A stretch of 64,000 nucleotides of DNA from Eledone cirrhosa (Eukaryota). A model generated the notes under the pieces. The model was not told the origin of the DNA and searched no databases. It saw nothing but the letters and a program-made list of their open reading frames with translations. The stretch's first letter is position 1, and every line of letters begins with the position of its first letter. The position numbers and the translations under genes are program-made. Of this stretch, positions 15,001 to 30,000 are shown one piece after another. The DNA is taken from NCBI GenBank assembly GCA_964016885.1, contig OZ024743.1, forward strand, positions 21,638,001 through 21,702,000. The letters are read 5' to 3'.

Positions 15001-18000
15001 TGGTAGCTGGATTATTAAACCATTTATATATAATAGTAAAAATAGATTGCTGGGCAGAGGTGAGAACACTATGGTAGCTGGATTATTAAACCATTTATAT
15101 ATAATAGTAAAAATACAGTGCTGGGCAGAGGTGAGAACACTATGGTAGCTGGATTATTAAACCATTTATATATAATAGTAAAAATAGAGTGCTGGGCAGA
15201 GGTGAAAACACTATGGTAGCTGGATTATTAAACCATTTATATATAATAGTAAAAATACAGTGCTGGGCAGAGGTGAGAACACTATGGTAGCTGGATTATT
15301 AAACCATTTATATATAATAGTAAAAATAGAGTGCTGGGCAGAGGTGAGAACACTATGGTAGCTGGATTATTAAACCATTTATATATAATAGTAAAAATAG
15401 ATTGCTGGGCAGAGGTGAGAACACTATGGTAGCTGGATTATTAAACCATTTATATATAATAGTAAAAATAGATTGCTGGGCAGAGGTGAGAACACTATGG
15501 TAGCTGGATTATTAAACCATTTATATATAATAGTAAAAATAGAGTGCTGGGCAGAGGTGAGAACACTATGGTAGCTGGATTATTAAACCATTTATATATA
15601 ATAGTAAAAATAGAGTGCTGGGCAGAGGTGAGAACACTATGGTAGCTGGATTATTAAACCATTTATATATAATAGTAAAAATAGATTGCTGGGCAGAGGT
15701 GAGAACACTATGGTAGCTGGATTATTAAACCATTTATATATAATAGTAAAAATAGATTGCTGGGCAGAGGTGAGAACACTATGGTAGCTGGATTATTAAA
15801 CCATTTATATATAATAGTAAAAATAGATTGCTGGGCAGAGGTGAGAACACTATGGTAGCTGGATTATTAAACCATTTATATATAATAGTAAAAATAGAGT
15901 GCTGGGCAGAGGTGAGAACACTATGGTAGCCGGATTATTAAACCATTTATATATAATAGTAAAAATACAGTGCTGGGCAGAGGTGAGAACACTATGGTAG
16001 CTGGATTATTAAACCATTTATATATAATAGTAAAAATAGAGTGCTGGGCAGAGGTGAGAACACTATGGTAGCTGCATTATTAAACCATTTATATATAATA
16101 GTAAAAATAGATTGCTGGGCAGAGGTGAGAACACTATGGTAGCTGGATTATTAAACCATTTATATATAATAGTAAAAATACAGTGCTGGGCAGAGGTGAG
16201 AACACTGTGGTAGCCGGATTATTAAACCATTTATATATAATAGTAAACATACAGTGCTGGGCAGAGGTGAGAACACTATGGTAGCTGGATTATTAAACCA
16301 TTTATATATAATAGTGAAAATACAGTGGTGGGCAGAGGTGAGAACACTATGGTAGCAGGATTATTAAACCATTTATATATAATTGTAAAAATAGAGTGCT
16401 GGGCAGAGGTGAGAACACTATGGTAGCTGTATTATTAAACTATTTATATATAATAGTAAAAATACAGTGCTGGGCAGAGGTGAGAACACTATGGTAGCAG
16501 GATTATTAAACCATTTATATATAATTGTAAAAATAGAGTGCTGGGCAGAGGTGAGAACACTATGGTAGCTGTATTATTAAACCATTTATATATAATAGTA
16601 AAAATAGAGTGCTGGGCAGAGGTGAGAACACTATGGTAGCTGCATTATTAAACCACTTATATATAATAGTAAAAATAGAGTGCTGGGCAAAGGTGAGAAC
16701 ACTGTGGTAGCTGGATTATTATACCATTTATATATAATAGTAAAAATAGAGTGCTGGGCAGGGGTGAGAACACTGTGGTAGCTGGATTATTAAACCATTT
16801 ATATATAATAGTAAAAATACAGTGTTGGGCAGAGGTGAGAACACTATGGTAGCTGGATTATTAAACCATTTATATATAATAGTAAAAATACAGTGTTGGG
16901 CAGAGGTGAGAACACTATGGTAGCTGGATTATTAAACCATTTATATATAATAGTAAAAATAGAGAGCTGGGCAGAGGTGAGAACACTATGGTAGCTGGAT
17001 TATTAAACCATTTATATATAATAGTAAAAATAGAGTGCTGGGCAGGGGTGAGAACACTGTGGTAGCTGGATTATTAAACCATTTATATATAATAGTAAAA
17101 ATACAGTGTTGGGCAGAGGTGAGAACACTATGGTAGCTGGATTATTAAACCATTTATATATAATAGTAAAAATAGAGTGCTGGGCAGAGGTGAGAACACT
17201 ATGGTAGCTGGATTATTAAACCATTTATATATAATAGTAAAAATAGAGTGCTGGGCAGAGGTGAGAACACTATGGTAGCTGGATTATTAAACCATTTATA
17301 TATAATAGTAAAAATAGAGTGCTGGGCAGAGGTGAGAACACTATGGTAGCTGGATTATTAAACCATTTATATATAATAGTAAAAATAGAGTGCTGGGCAG
17401 AGCTGAGAACACTGTGGTAGCTGGATTATTAGAACCATTTATATATAATAGTAAAAATACAGTGCTGGGCAAAGGTGAGACACTATGATAGCTGGATTAT
17501 TAAACCATTTATATATAATAGTAAAAATAGAGTGCTGGGTAGAGGTGAGAACACTGTGGTAGCTGGATTATTAAACCATTTATATATAATAGTAAAAATA
17601 GAGTGCTGGGCAGAGGTGAGAACACTGTGGTAGCTGGATTATTAAACCATTTATATATAATAGTAAAAATAGAGTGCTGGGCAGAGGTGAGAACACTGTG
17701 GTAGCTGGATTATTAAACCATTTATATATAATAGTAAAAATAGAGTGCTGGGCAGAGGTGAGAACACTGTGGTAGCTGGATTATTAAACCATTTATATAT
17801 AATAGTAAAAATAGAGTGCTGGGCAGAGGTGAGAACACTGTGGTAGCTGGATTATTAAACCATTTATATATAATAGTAAAAATAGAGTGCTGGGCAGAGG
17901 TGAGAACACTATGGTAGCTGGATTATTAAACCATTTATATATAATAGTAAAAATAGAGTGCTGGGCAGAGGTGAGAACACTATGGTAGCTGGATTATTAA

Positions 18001-21000
18001 ACCATTTATATATAATAGTAAAAATAGAGTGCTGGGCAGAGGTGAGAACACTGTGGTAGCTGCATTATTAAACCACTTATATATAATAGTAAAAATAGAG
18101 TGCTGGGCAGAGGTGAGAACACTGTGGTAGCTGGATTATTAAACCATTTATATATAATAGTAAAAATAGAGTGCTGGGCAGAGGTGAGAACACTATGGTA
18201 GCTGGATTATTAAACCATTTATATATAATAGTAAAAATAGAGTGCTGGGCAGAGGTGAGAACACTGTGGTAGCTGCATTATTAAACCACTTATATATAAT
18301 AGTAAAAATACAGTGCTGGGCAGGGGTGAGAACACTGTGGTAGCTGGATTATTAAACCATTTATATATAATAGTAAAAATAGAGTGCTGGGCAGGGGTGA
18401 GAACACTGTGGTAGCTGGATTATTAAACCATTTATATATAATAGTAAAAATACAGTGCTGGGCAGAGGTGAGAACACTATGGTAGCTGCATTATTAAACC
18501 ATTTATATATAATAGTAAAAATAGAGTGCTGGGCAGGGGTGAGAACACTGTGGTAGCTGGATTATTAAACCATTTATATATAATAGTAAAAATACAGTGC
18601 TGGGCAGAGGTGAGAACACTATGGTAGCTGCATTATTAAACCATTTATATATAATAGTAAAAATAGAGTGCTGGGCAGGGGTGAGAACACTGTGGTAGCT
18701 GGATTATTAAACCATTTATATATAATAGTAAAAATACAGTGCTGGGCAGGGGTGAGAACACTGTGGTAGCTGCATTATTAAACCATTTATATATAATAGT
18801 AAAAATAGAGTGCTGGGCAGGGGTTAGAACACTGTGGTAGCTGGATTATTAAACCATTTATATATAATAGTAAAAATACAGTGCTGGGCAGGGGTGAGAA
18901 CACTGTGGTAGCTGCATTATTAAACCATTTATATATAATAGTAAAAATACAGTGCTGGGCAGAGGTGAGAACACTATGGAAGCAGGATTATTAAACCATT
19001 TATATATAATAGTAAAAATAGAGTGCTGGGCAGAGGTGAGAACACTGTGGTAGCTGGATTATTAAACCATTTATATATAATAGTAAAAATAGAGTGCTGG
19101 GCAGAGGTGAGAACACTATGGTAGCTGGATTATTAAACCATTCATATATAATAGTAAAAATACAGTGCTGGGCAGAGGTGAGAACACTATGGTAGCTGGA
19201 TTATTAAACCATTTATATATAATAGTAAAAATACAGTGCTGGGCAGAGGTGAGAACACTATGGAAGCAGGATTATTAAACCATTTATATATAATAGTAAA
19301 AATAGAGTGCTGGGCAGAGGTGAGAACACTGTGGTAGCTGGATTATTAAACCATTTATATATAATAGTAAAAATACAGTGCTGGGCAGAGGTGAGAACAC
19401 TATGGTAGCTGGATTATTAAACCATTCATATATAATAGTAAAAATACAGTGCTGGGCAGAGGTGAGAACACTATGGAAGCAGGATTATTAAACCATTCAT
19501 ATATAATAGTAAAAATACAGTGCTGGGCAGAGGTGAGAACACTGTGGTAGCTGGATTATTAAACCATTTATATATAATAGTAAAAATACAGTGCTGGGCA
19601 GAGGTGAGAACACTATGGTAGCTGGATTATTAAACCATTTATATATAATAGTAATAATAGAGTGCTGGGCAGAGGTGAGAACACTATGGTAGCTGGATTA
19701 TTAAACCATTTATATATAATAGTAAAAATAGAGTGCTGGGCAGAGGTGAGAACACTATGGTAGCTGGATTATTAAACCATTTATATATAATAGTAAAAAT
19801 ACAGTGGTGGGCAGAGGTGAGAACATTATCGTAGCTGGATTATTAAACCATTTATATATAATAGTAAAAATAGAGTGCTGGGCAGAGGTGAGAACACTAT
19901 GGTAGCTGGATTATTAAACCATTTATATATAATAGTAAAAATAGAGCGCTGGGCAGAGGTGAGAACACTATGGTAGCTGGATTATTAAACCATTTATATA
20001 TAATAGTAATAATAGAGTGCTGGGCAGAGGTGAGAACACTATGGTAGCTGGATTATTAAACCATTTATATATAATAGTAAAAATACAGTGCTGGGCAGAG
20101 GTGAGAACACTATGGTAGCTGGATTATTAAACCATTTATATATAATAGTAATAATAGAGTGCTGGGCAGAGGTGAGAACACTATGGTAGCTGGATTATTA
20201 AACCATTTATATATAATAGTAAAAATACATTGCTGGGTAGAGGTGAGAACACTATGGTAGCTGGATTATTAAACCATTTATATATAATAGTAAAAATAGA
20301 GTGCTGGGCAGAGGTGAGAACACTATGGTAGCTGGATTATTAAACCATTTATATATAATAGTAATAATAGAGTGCTGGGCAGAGGTGAGAACACTATGGT
20401 AGCTGGATTATTAAACCATTTATATATAATAGTAAAAATAGAGCGCTGGGCAGAGGTGAGAACACTATGGTAGCTGGATTATTAAACCATTTATATATAA
20501 TAGTAAAAATAGAGTGCTGGGCAGAGGTGAGAACACTATGGTAGCTGGATTATTAAACCATTTATATATAATAGTAAAAATAGAGTGCTGGGCAGAGGTG
20601 AGAACACTATGGTAGCTGGATTATTAAACCATTTATATATAATAGTAAAAATAGAGTGCTGGGCAGGGGTGAGAACACTATGGTAGCTGGATTATTAAAC
20701 CATTTATATATAATAGTAAAAATACAGTGCTGGGCAGAGGTGAGAACACTATGGTAGCTGGATTATTAAACCATTTATATATAATAGTAAAAATACAGTG
20801 CTGGGTAGAGGTGAGAACACTATGGTAGCTGGATTATTAAACCATTTATATATAATAGTAAAAATACAGTGCTGGGCAGAGGTGAGAACATTATCGTAGC
20901 TGGATTATTAAACCATTTATATATAATAGTAAAAATAGAGTGCTGGGCAGAGGTGAGAACACTATGGTAGCTGGATTATTAAACCATTTATATATAATAG

Positions 21001-24000
21001 TAAAAATACAGTGCTGGGCAGAGGTGAGAACATTATCGTAGCTGGATTATTAAACCATTTATATATAATAGTAAAAATAGAGTGCTGGGCAGAGGTGAGA
21101 ACACTATGGTAGCTGGATTATTAAACCATTTATATATAATAGTAAAAATACAGTGCTGGGCAGAGGTGAGAACACTGTGGTAGCTGGATTATTAAACCAT
21201 TTATATATAATAGTAAAAATAGAGTGCTGGGCAGAGGTGAGAACACTGTGGTAGCTGGATTATTAAACCATTTATATATAATAGTAAAAATAGAGTGCTG
21301 GGCAGAGGTGAGAACACTGTGGTAGCTGGATTATTAAACCATTTATATATAATAGTAAAAATAGAGTGCTGGGCAGAGGTGAGAACACTGTGGTAGCTGC
21401 ATTATTAAACCACTTATATATAATAGTAAAAATAGAGTGCTGGGCAGAGGTGAGAACACTGTGGTAGCTGGATTATTAAACCATTTATATATAATAGTAA
21501 AAATAGAGTGCTGGGCAGGGGTGAGAACACTGTGGTAGCTGGATTATTATACCATTTATATATAATAGTAAAAATAGAGTGCTGGGCAGGGGTGAGAACA
21601 CTGTGGTAGCTGGATTATTAAACCATTTATATATAATAGTAAAAATAGAGTGCTGGGCAGAGGTGAGAACACTATGGAAGCAGGATTATTAAACCATTTA
21701 TATATAATAGTAAAAATACAGTGCTGGGCAGAGGTGAGAACACTATGGTAGCTGGATTATTTAACCATTTATATATAATAGTAATAATAGAGTGCTGGGC
21801 AGAGGTGAGAACACTATGGTAGCTGGATTATTAAACCATTTATATATAATAGTAAAAATACAGTGCTGGGCAGAGGTGAGAACACTATGGTAGCTGGATT
21901 ATTTAACCATTTATATATAATAGTAATAATAGAGTGCTGGGCAGAGGTGAGAACACTATGGTAGCTGGATTATTAAACCATTTATATATAATAGTAAAAA
22001 TACAGTGCTGGGCAGAGGTGAGAACACTATGGTAGCTGGATTATTTAACCATTTATATATAATAGTAAAAATACAGTGCTGGGCAGAGGTGAGAACACTA
22101 TGGTAGCTGGATTATTTAACCATTTATATATAATAGTAATAATAGAGTGCTGGGCAGAGGTGAGAACACTATGGTAGCTGGATTATTAAACCATTTATAT
22201 ATAATAGTAAAAATACAGTGCTGGGTAGAGGTGAGAACACTATGGTAGCTGGATTATTAAACCATTTATATATAATAGTAAAAATACAGTGCTGGGCAGA
22301 GGTGAGAACACTATGGTAGCAGGATTATTAAACCATTTATATATAATAGTAAAAATAGAGTGCTGGGCAGAGGTGAGAACACTATGGTAGCTGGATTATT
22401 AAACCATTTATATATAATAGTAAAAATACAGTGCTGGGCAGAGGTGAGAACACTATGGTAGCAGGATTATTAAACCATTTATATATAATTGTAAAAATAG
22501 AGTGCTGGGCAGAGGTGAGAACACTATGGTAGCTGTATTATTAAACCATTTATATATAATAGTAAAAATACAGTGCTGGGCAGAGGTGAGAACACTATGG
22601 TAGCAGGATTATTAAACCATTTATATATAATTGTAAAAATAGAGTGCTGGGCAGAGGTGAGAACACTATGGTAGCTGTATTATTAAACCATTTATATATA
22701 ATAGTAAAAATAGAGTGCTGGGCAGAGGTGAGAACACTATGGTAGCTGCATTATTAAACCACTTATATATAATAGTAAAAATAGAGTGCTGGGCAAAGGT
22801 GAGAACACTGTGGTAGCTGGATTATTATACCATTTATATATAATAGTAAAAATAGAGTGCTGGGCAGGGGTGAGAACACTGTGGTAGCTGGATTATTAAA
22901 CCATTTATATATAATAGTAAAAATACAGTGTTGGGCAGAGGTGAGAACACTATGGTAGCTGGATTATTAAACCATTTATATATAATAGTAAAAATACAGT
23001 GTTGGGCAGAGGTGAGAACACTATGGTAGCTGGATTATTAAACCATTTATATATAATAGTAAAAATAGAGTGCTGGGCAGAGGTGAGAACACTATGGTAG
23101 CTGGATTATTAAACCATTTATATATAATAGTAAAAATAGAGTGCTGGGCAGGGGTGAGAACACTGTGGTAGCTGGATTATTAAACCATTTATATATAATA
23201 GTAAAAATACAGTGTTGGGCAGAGGTGAGAACACTATGGTAGCTGGATTATTAAACCATTTATATATAATAGTAAAAATAGAGTGCTGGGCAGAGGTGAG
23301 AACACTATGGTAGCTGGATTATTAAACCATTTATATATAATAGTAAAAATAGAGTGCTGGGCAGAGGTGAGAACACTATGGTAGCTGGATTATTAAACCA
23401 TTTATATATAATAGTAAAAATAGAGTGCTGGGCAGAGGTGAGAACACTATGGTAGCTGGATTATTAAACCATTTATATATAATAGTAAAAATACAGTGCT
23501 GGGCAGAGCTGAGAACACTGTGGTAGCTGGATTATTAGAACCATTTATATATAATAGTAAAAATACAGTGCTGGGCAAAGGTGAGACACTATGATAGCTG
23601 GATTATTAAACCATTTATATATAATAGTAAAAATAGAGTGCTGGGTAGAGGTGAGAACACTGTGGTAGCTGGATTATTAAACCATTTATATATAATAGTA
23701 AAAATAGAGTGCTGGGCAGAGGTGAGAACACTGTGGTAGCTGGATTATTAAACCATTTATATATAATAGTAAAAATAGAGTGCTGGGCAGAGGTGAGAAC
23801 ACTGTGGTAGCTGGATTATTAAACCATTTATATATAATAGTAAAAATAGAGTGCTGGGCAGAGGTGAGAACACTGTGGTAGCTGGATTATTAAACCATTT
23901 ATATATAATAGTAAAAATAGAGTGCTGGGCAGAGGTGAGAACACTGTGGTAGCTGGATTATTAAACCATTTATATATAATAGTAAAAATAGAGTGCTGGG

Positions 24001-27000
24001 CAGAGGTGAGAACACTATGGTAGCTGGATTATTAAACCATTTATATATAATAGTAAAAATAGAGTGCTGGGCAGAGGTGAGAACACTATGGTAGCTGGAT
24101 TATTAAACCATTTATATATAATAGTAAAAATAGAGTGCTGGGCAGAGGTGAGAACACTGTGGTAGCTGCATTATTAAACCACTTATATATAATAGTAAAA
24201 ATAGAGTGCTGGGCAGAGGTGAGAACACTGTGGTAGCTGGATTATTAAACCATTTATATATAATAGTAAAAATAGAGTGCTGGGCAGAGGTGAGAACACT
24301 ATGGTAGCTGGATTATTAAACCATTTATATATAATAGTAAAAATAGAGTGCTGGGCAGAGGTGAGAACACTGTGGTAGCTGCATTATTAAACCACTTATA
24401 TATAATAGTAAAAATACAGTGCTGGGCAGGGGTGAGAACACTGTGGTAGCTGGATTATTAAACCATTTATATATAATAGTAAAAATAGAGTGCTGGGCAG
24501 GGGTGAGAACACTGTGGTAGCTGGATTATTAAACCATTTATATATAATAGTAAAAATACAGTGCTGGGCAGAGGTGAGAACACTATGGTAGCTGCATTAT
24601 TAAACCATTTATATATAATAGTAAAAATAGAGTGCTGGGCAGGGGTGAGAACACTGTGGTAGCTGGATTATTAAACCATTTATATATAATAGTAAAAATA
24701 CAGTGCTGGGCAGAGGTGAGAACACTATGGTAGCTGCATTATTAAACCATTTATATATAATAGTAAAAATAGAGTGCTGGGCAGGGGTGAGAACACTGTG
24801 GTAGCTGGATTATTAAACCATTTATATATAATAGTAAAAATACAGTGCTGGGCAGGGGTGAGAACACTGTGGTAGCTGCATTATTAAACCATTTATATAT
24901 AATAGTAAAAATAGAGTGCTGGGCAGGGGTTAGAACACTGTGGTAGCTGGATTATTAAACCATTTATATATAATAGTAAAAATACAGTGCTGGGCAGGGG
25001 TGAGAACACTGTGGTAGCTGCATTATTAAACCATTTATATATAATAGTAAAAATACAGTGCTGGGCAGAGGTGAGAACACTATGGAAGCAGGATTATTAA
25101 ACCATTTATATATAATAGTAAAAATAGAGTGCTGGGCAGAGGTGAGAACACTGTGGTAGCTGGATTATTAAACCATTTATATATAATAGTAAAAATAGAG
25201 TGCTGGGCAGAGGTGAGAACACTATGGTAGCTGGATTATTAAACCATTCATATATAATAGTAAAAATACAGTGCTGGGCAGAGGTGAGAACACTATGGTA
25301 GCTGGATTATTAAACCATTTATATATAATAGTAAAAATACAGTGCTGGGCAGAGGTGAGAACACTATGGAAGCAGGATTATTAAACCATTTATATATAAT
25401 AGTAAAAATAGAGTGCTGGGCAGAGGTGAGAACACTGTGGTAGCTGGATTATTAAACCATTTATATATAATAGTAAAAATACAGTGCTGGGCAGAGGTGA
25501 GAACACTATGGTAGCTGGATTATTAAACCATTCATATATAATAGTAAAAATACAGTGCTGGGCAGAGGTGAGAACACTATGGAAGCAGGATTATTAAACC
25601 ATTCATATATAATAGTAAAAATACAGTGCTGGGCAGAGGTGAGAACACTGTGGTAGCTGGATTATTAAACCATTTATATATAATAGTAAAAATACAGTGC
25701 TGGGCAGAGGTGAGAACACTATGGTAGCTGGATTATTAAACCATTTATATATAATAGTAATAATAGAGTGCTGGGCAGAGGTGAGAACACTATGGTAGCT
25801 GGATTATTAAACCATTTATATATAATAGTAAAAATAGAGTGCTGGGCAGAGGTGAGAACACTATGGTAGCTGGATTATTAAACCATTTATATATAATAGT
25901 AAAAATACAGTGGTGGGCAGAGGTGAGAACATTATCGTAGCTGGATTATTAAACCATTTATATATAATAGTAAAAATAGAGTGCTGGGCAGAGGTGAGAA
26001 CACTATGGTAGCTGGATTATTAAACCATTTATATATAATAGTAAAAATAGAGCGCTGGGCAGAGGTGAGAACACTATGGTAGCTGGATTATTAAACCATT
26101 TATATATAATAGTAATAATAGAGTGCTGGGCAGAGGTGAGAACACTATGGTAGCTGGATTATTAAACCATTTATATATAATAGTAAAAATACAGTGCTGG
26201 GCAGAGGTGAGAACACTATGGTAGCTGGATTATTAAACCATTTATATATAATAGTAATAATAGAGTGCTGGGCAGAGGTGAGAACACTATGGTAGCTGGA
26301 TTATTAAACCATTTATATATAATAGTAAAAATACATTGCTGGGTAGAGGTGAGAACACTATGGTAGCTGGATTATTAAACCATTTATATATAATAGTAAA
26401 AATAGAGTGCTGGGCAGAGGTGAGAACACTATGGTAGCTGGATTATTAAACCATTTATATATAATAGTAATAATAGAGTGCTGGGCAGAGGTGAGAACAC
26501 TATGGTAGCTGGATTATTAAACCATTTATATATAATAGTAAAAATAGAGCGCTGGGCAGAGGTGAGAACACTATGGTAGCTGGATTATTAAACCATTTAT
26601 ATATAATAGTAAAAATAGAGTGCTGGGCAGAGGTGAGAACACTATGGTAGCTGGATTATTAAACCATTTATATATAATAGTAAAAATAGAGTGCTGGGCA
26701 GAGGTGAGAACACTATGGTAGCTGGATTATTAAACCATTTATATATAATAGTAAAAATAGAGTGCTGGGCAGGGGTGAGAACACTATGGTAGCTGGATTA
26801 TTAAACCATTTATATATAATAGTAAAAATACAGTGCTGGGCAGAGGTGAGAACACTATGGTAGCTGGATTATTAAACCATTTATATATAATAGTAAAAAT
26901 ACAGTGCTGGGTAGAGGTGAGAACACTATGGTAGCTGGATTATTAAACCATTTATATATAATAGTAAAAATACAGTGCTGGGCAGAGGTGAGAACATTAT

Positions 27001-30000
27001 CGTAGCTGGATTATTAAACCATTTATATATAATAGTAAAAATAGAGTGCTGGGCAGAGGTGAGAACACTATGGTAGCTGGATTATTAAACCATTTATATA
27101 TAATAGTAAAAATACAGTGCTGGGCAGAGGTGAGAACATTATCGTAGCTGGATTATTAAACCATTTATATATAATAGTAAAAATAGAGTGCTGGGCAGAG
27201 GTGAGAACACTATGGTAGCTGGATTATTAAACCATTTATATATAATAGTAAAAATACAGTGCTGGGCAGAGGTGAGAACACTGTGGTAGCTGGATTATTA
27301 AACCATTTATATATAATAGTAAAAATAGAGTGCTGGGCAGAGGTGAGAACACTGTGGTAGCTGGATTATTAAACCATTTATATATAATAGTAAAAATAGA
27401 GTGCTGGGCAGAGGTGAGAACACTGTGGTAGCTGGATTATTAAACCATTTATATATAATAGTAAAAATAGAGTGCTGGGCAGAGGTGAGAACACTGTGGT
27501 AGCTGCATTATTAAACCACTTATATATAATAGTAAAAATAGAGTGCTGGGCAGAGGTGAGAACACTGTGGTAGCTGGATTATTAAACCATTTATATATAA
27601 TAGTAAAAATAGAGTGCTGGGCAGGGGTGAGAACACTGTGGTAGCTGGATTATTATACCATTTATATATAATAGTAAAAATAGAGTGCTGGGCAGGGGTG
27701 AGAACACTGTGGTAGCTGGATTATTAAACCATTTATATATAATAGTAAAAATAGAGTGCTGGGCAGAGGTGAGAACACTATGGAAGCAGGATTATTAAAC
27801 CATTTATATATAATAGTAAAAATACAGTGCTGGGCAGAGGTGAGAACACTATGGTAGCTGGATTATTTAACCATTTATATATAATAGTAATAATAGAGTG
27901 CTGGGCAGAGGTGAGAACACTATGGTAGCTGGATTATTAAACCATTTATATATAATAGTAAAAATACAGTGCTGGGCAGAGGTGAGAACACTATGGTAGC
28001 TGGATTATTTAACCATTTATATATAATAGTAATAATAGAGTGCTGGGCAGAGGTGAGAACACTATGGTAGCTGGATTATTAAACCATTTATATATAATAG
28101 TAAAAATACAGTGCTGGGCAGAGGTGAGAACACTATGGTAGCTGGATTATTTAACCATTTATATATAATAGTAAAAATACAGTGCTGGGCAGAGGTGAGA
28201 ACACTATGGTAGCTGGATTATTTAACCATTTATATATAATAGTAATAATAGAGTGCTGGGCAGAGGTGAGAACACTATGGTAGCTGGATTATTAAACCAT
28301 TTATATATAATAGTAAAAATACAGTGCTGGGTAGAGGTGAGAACACTATGGTAGCTGGATTATTAAACCATTTATATATAATAGTAAAAATACAGTGCTG
28401 GGCAGAGGTGAGAACACTATGGTAGCAGGATTATTAAACCATTTATATATAATAGTAAAAATAGAGTGCTGGGCAGAGGTGAGAACACTATGGTAGCTGG
28501 ATTATTAAACCATTTATATATAATAGTAAAAATACAGTGCTGGGCAGAGCTGAGAACACTATGGTAGCCGGATTATTAGAACCATTTATATATAATAGTA
28601 AAAATACAGTGCTGGGCAAAGGTGAGACACTATGATAGCTGGATTATTAAACCATTTATATATAATAGTAAAAATAGAGCGCTGGGCAGAGGTGAGAACA
28701 CTGTGGTAGCTGGATTATTAAACCATTTATATATAATAGTAAAAATAGAGCGCTGGGCAGAGGTGAGAACACTGTGGTAGCTGGATTATTAAACCATTTA
28801 TATATAATAGTAAAAATAGAGTGCTGGGCAGAGGTGAGAACACTATGGTAGCTGGATTATTAAACCATTTATATATAATAGTAAAAATAGAGCGCTGGGC
28901 AGAGGTGAGAACACTATGGTAGCTGGATTATTAAACCATTTATATATAATAGTAAAAATAGAGTGCTGGGCAGAGGTGAGAACACTATGGTAGCTGGATT
29001 ATTAAACCACTTATATATAATAGTAAAAATAGAGTGCTGGGCAGAGGTGAGAACACTATGGTAGCTGGATTATTAAACCATTTATATATAATAGTAAAAA
29101 TAGAGTGCTGGGCAGAGGTGAGAACATTATGGTAGCTGGATTATTAAACCATTTATATATAATAGTAAAAATAGAGTGCTGGGCAGAGGTGAGAACACTA
29201 TGGTAGCTGGATTATTAAACCACTTATATATAATAGTAAAAATACAGTGCTGGGCAGAGGTGAGAACACTGTGGTAGCTGGATTATTAAACCATTTATAT
29301 ATAATAGTAAAAATAGAGTGCTGGGCAGAGGTGAGAACACTATGGTAGCTGCATTATTAAACCATTTATATATAATAGTAAAAATAGAGTGCTGGGCAGA
29401 GGTGAGAACACTATGGTAGCTGCATTATTAAACCATTTATATATAATAGTAAAAATAGAGTGCTGGGCAGAGGTGAGAACACTATGGTAGCTGCATTATT
29501 AAACCATTTATATATAATAGTAAAAATAGAGTGCTGGGCAGAGGTGAGAACACTGTGGTAGCTGGATTATTAAACCATTTATATATAATAGTAAAAATAC
29601 AGTGCTGGGCAGAGGTGAGAACACTGTGGTAGCTGGATTATTAAACCATTTATATATAATAGTAAAAATAGAGTGCTGGGCAGAGGTGAGAACACTATGG
29701 TAGCTGGATTATTAAACCATTTATATATAATAGTAAAAATACAGTGCTGGGCAGAGGTGAGACTCTATGATAGCTGGATTATTAAACCATTTATATATAA
29801 TAGTAAAAATAGAGTGCTGGGCAGAGGTGAGAACACTGTGGTAGCTGGATTATTAAACCATTTATATATAATAGTAAAAATACAGTGCTGGGCAGAGGTG
29901 AGAACAATATGGTAGTTGGATTATTAAACCATTTATATATAATAGTAAAAATAGAGTGCTGGGCAGAGGTGAGAACACTATGGTAGCTGGATTATTAAAC

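Noticed and set aside
1006-29915. Repetitive MLGRGENT... ORFs in the satellite
   Set aside because: The unit length of 71 is not a multiple of 3. The ORFs arise only where 70- or 72-bp variants skip stops, and they use GTG starts.
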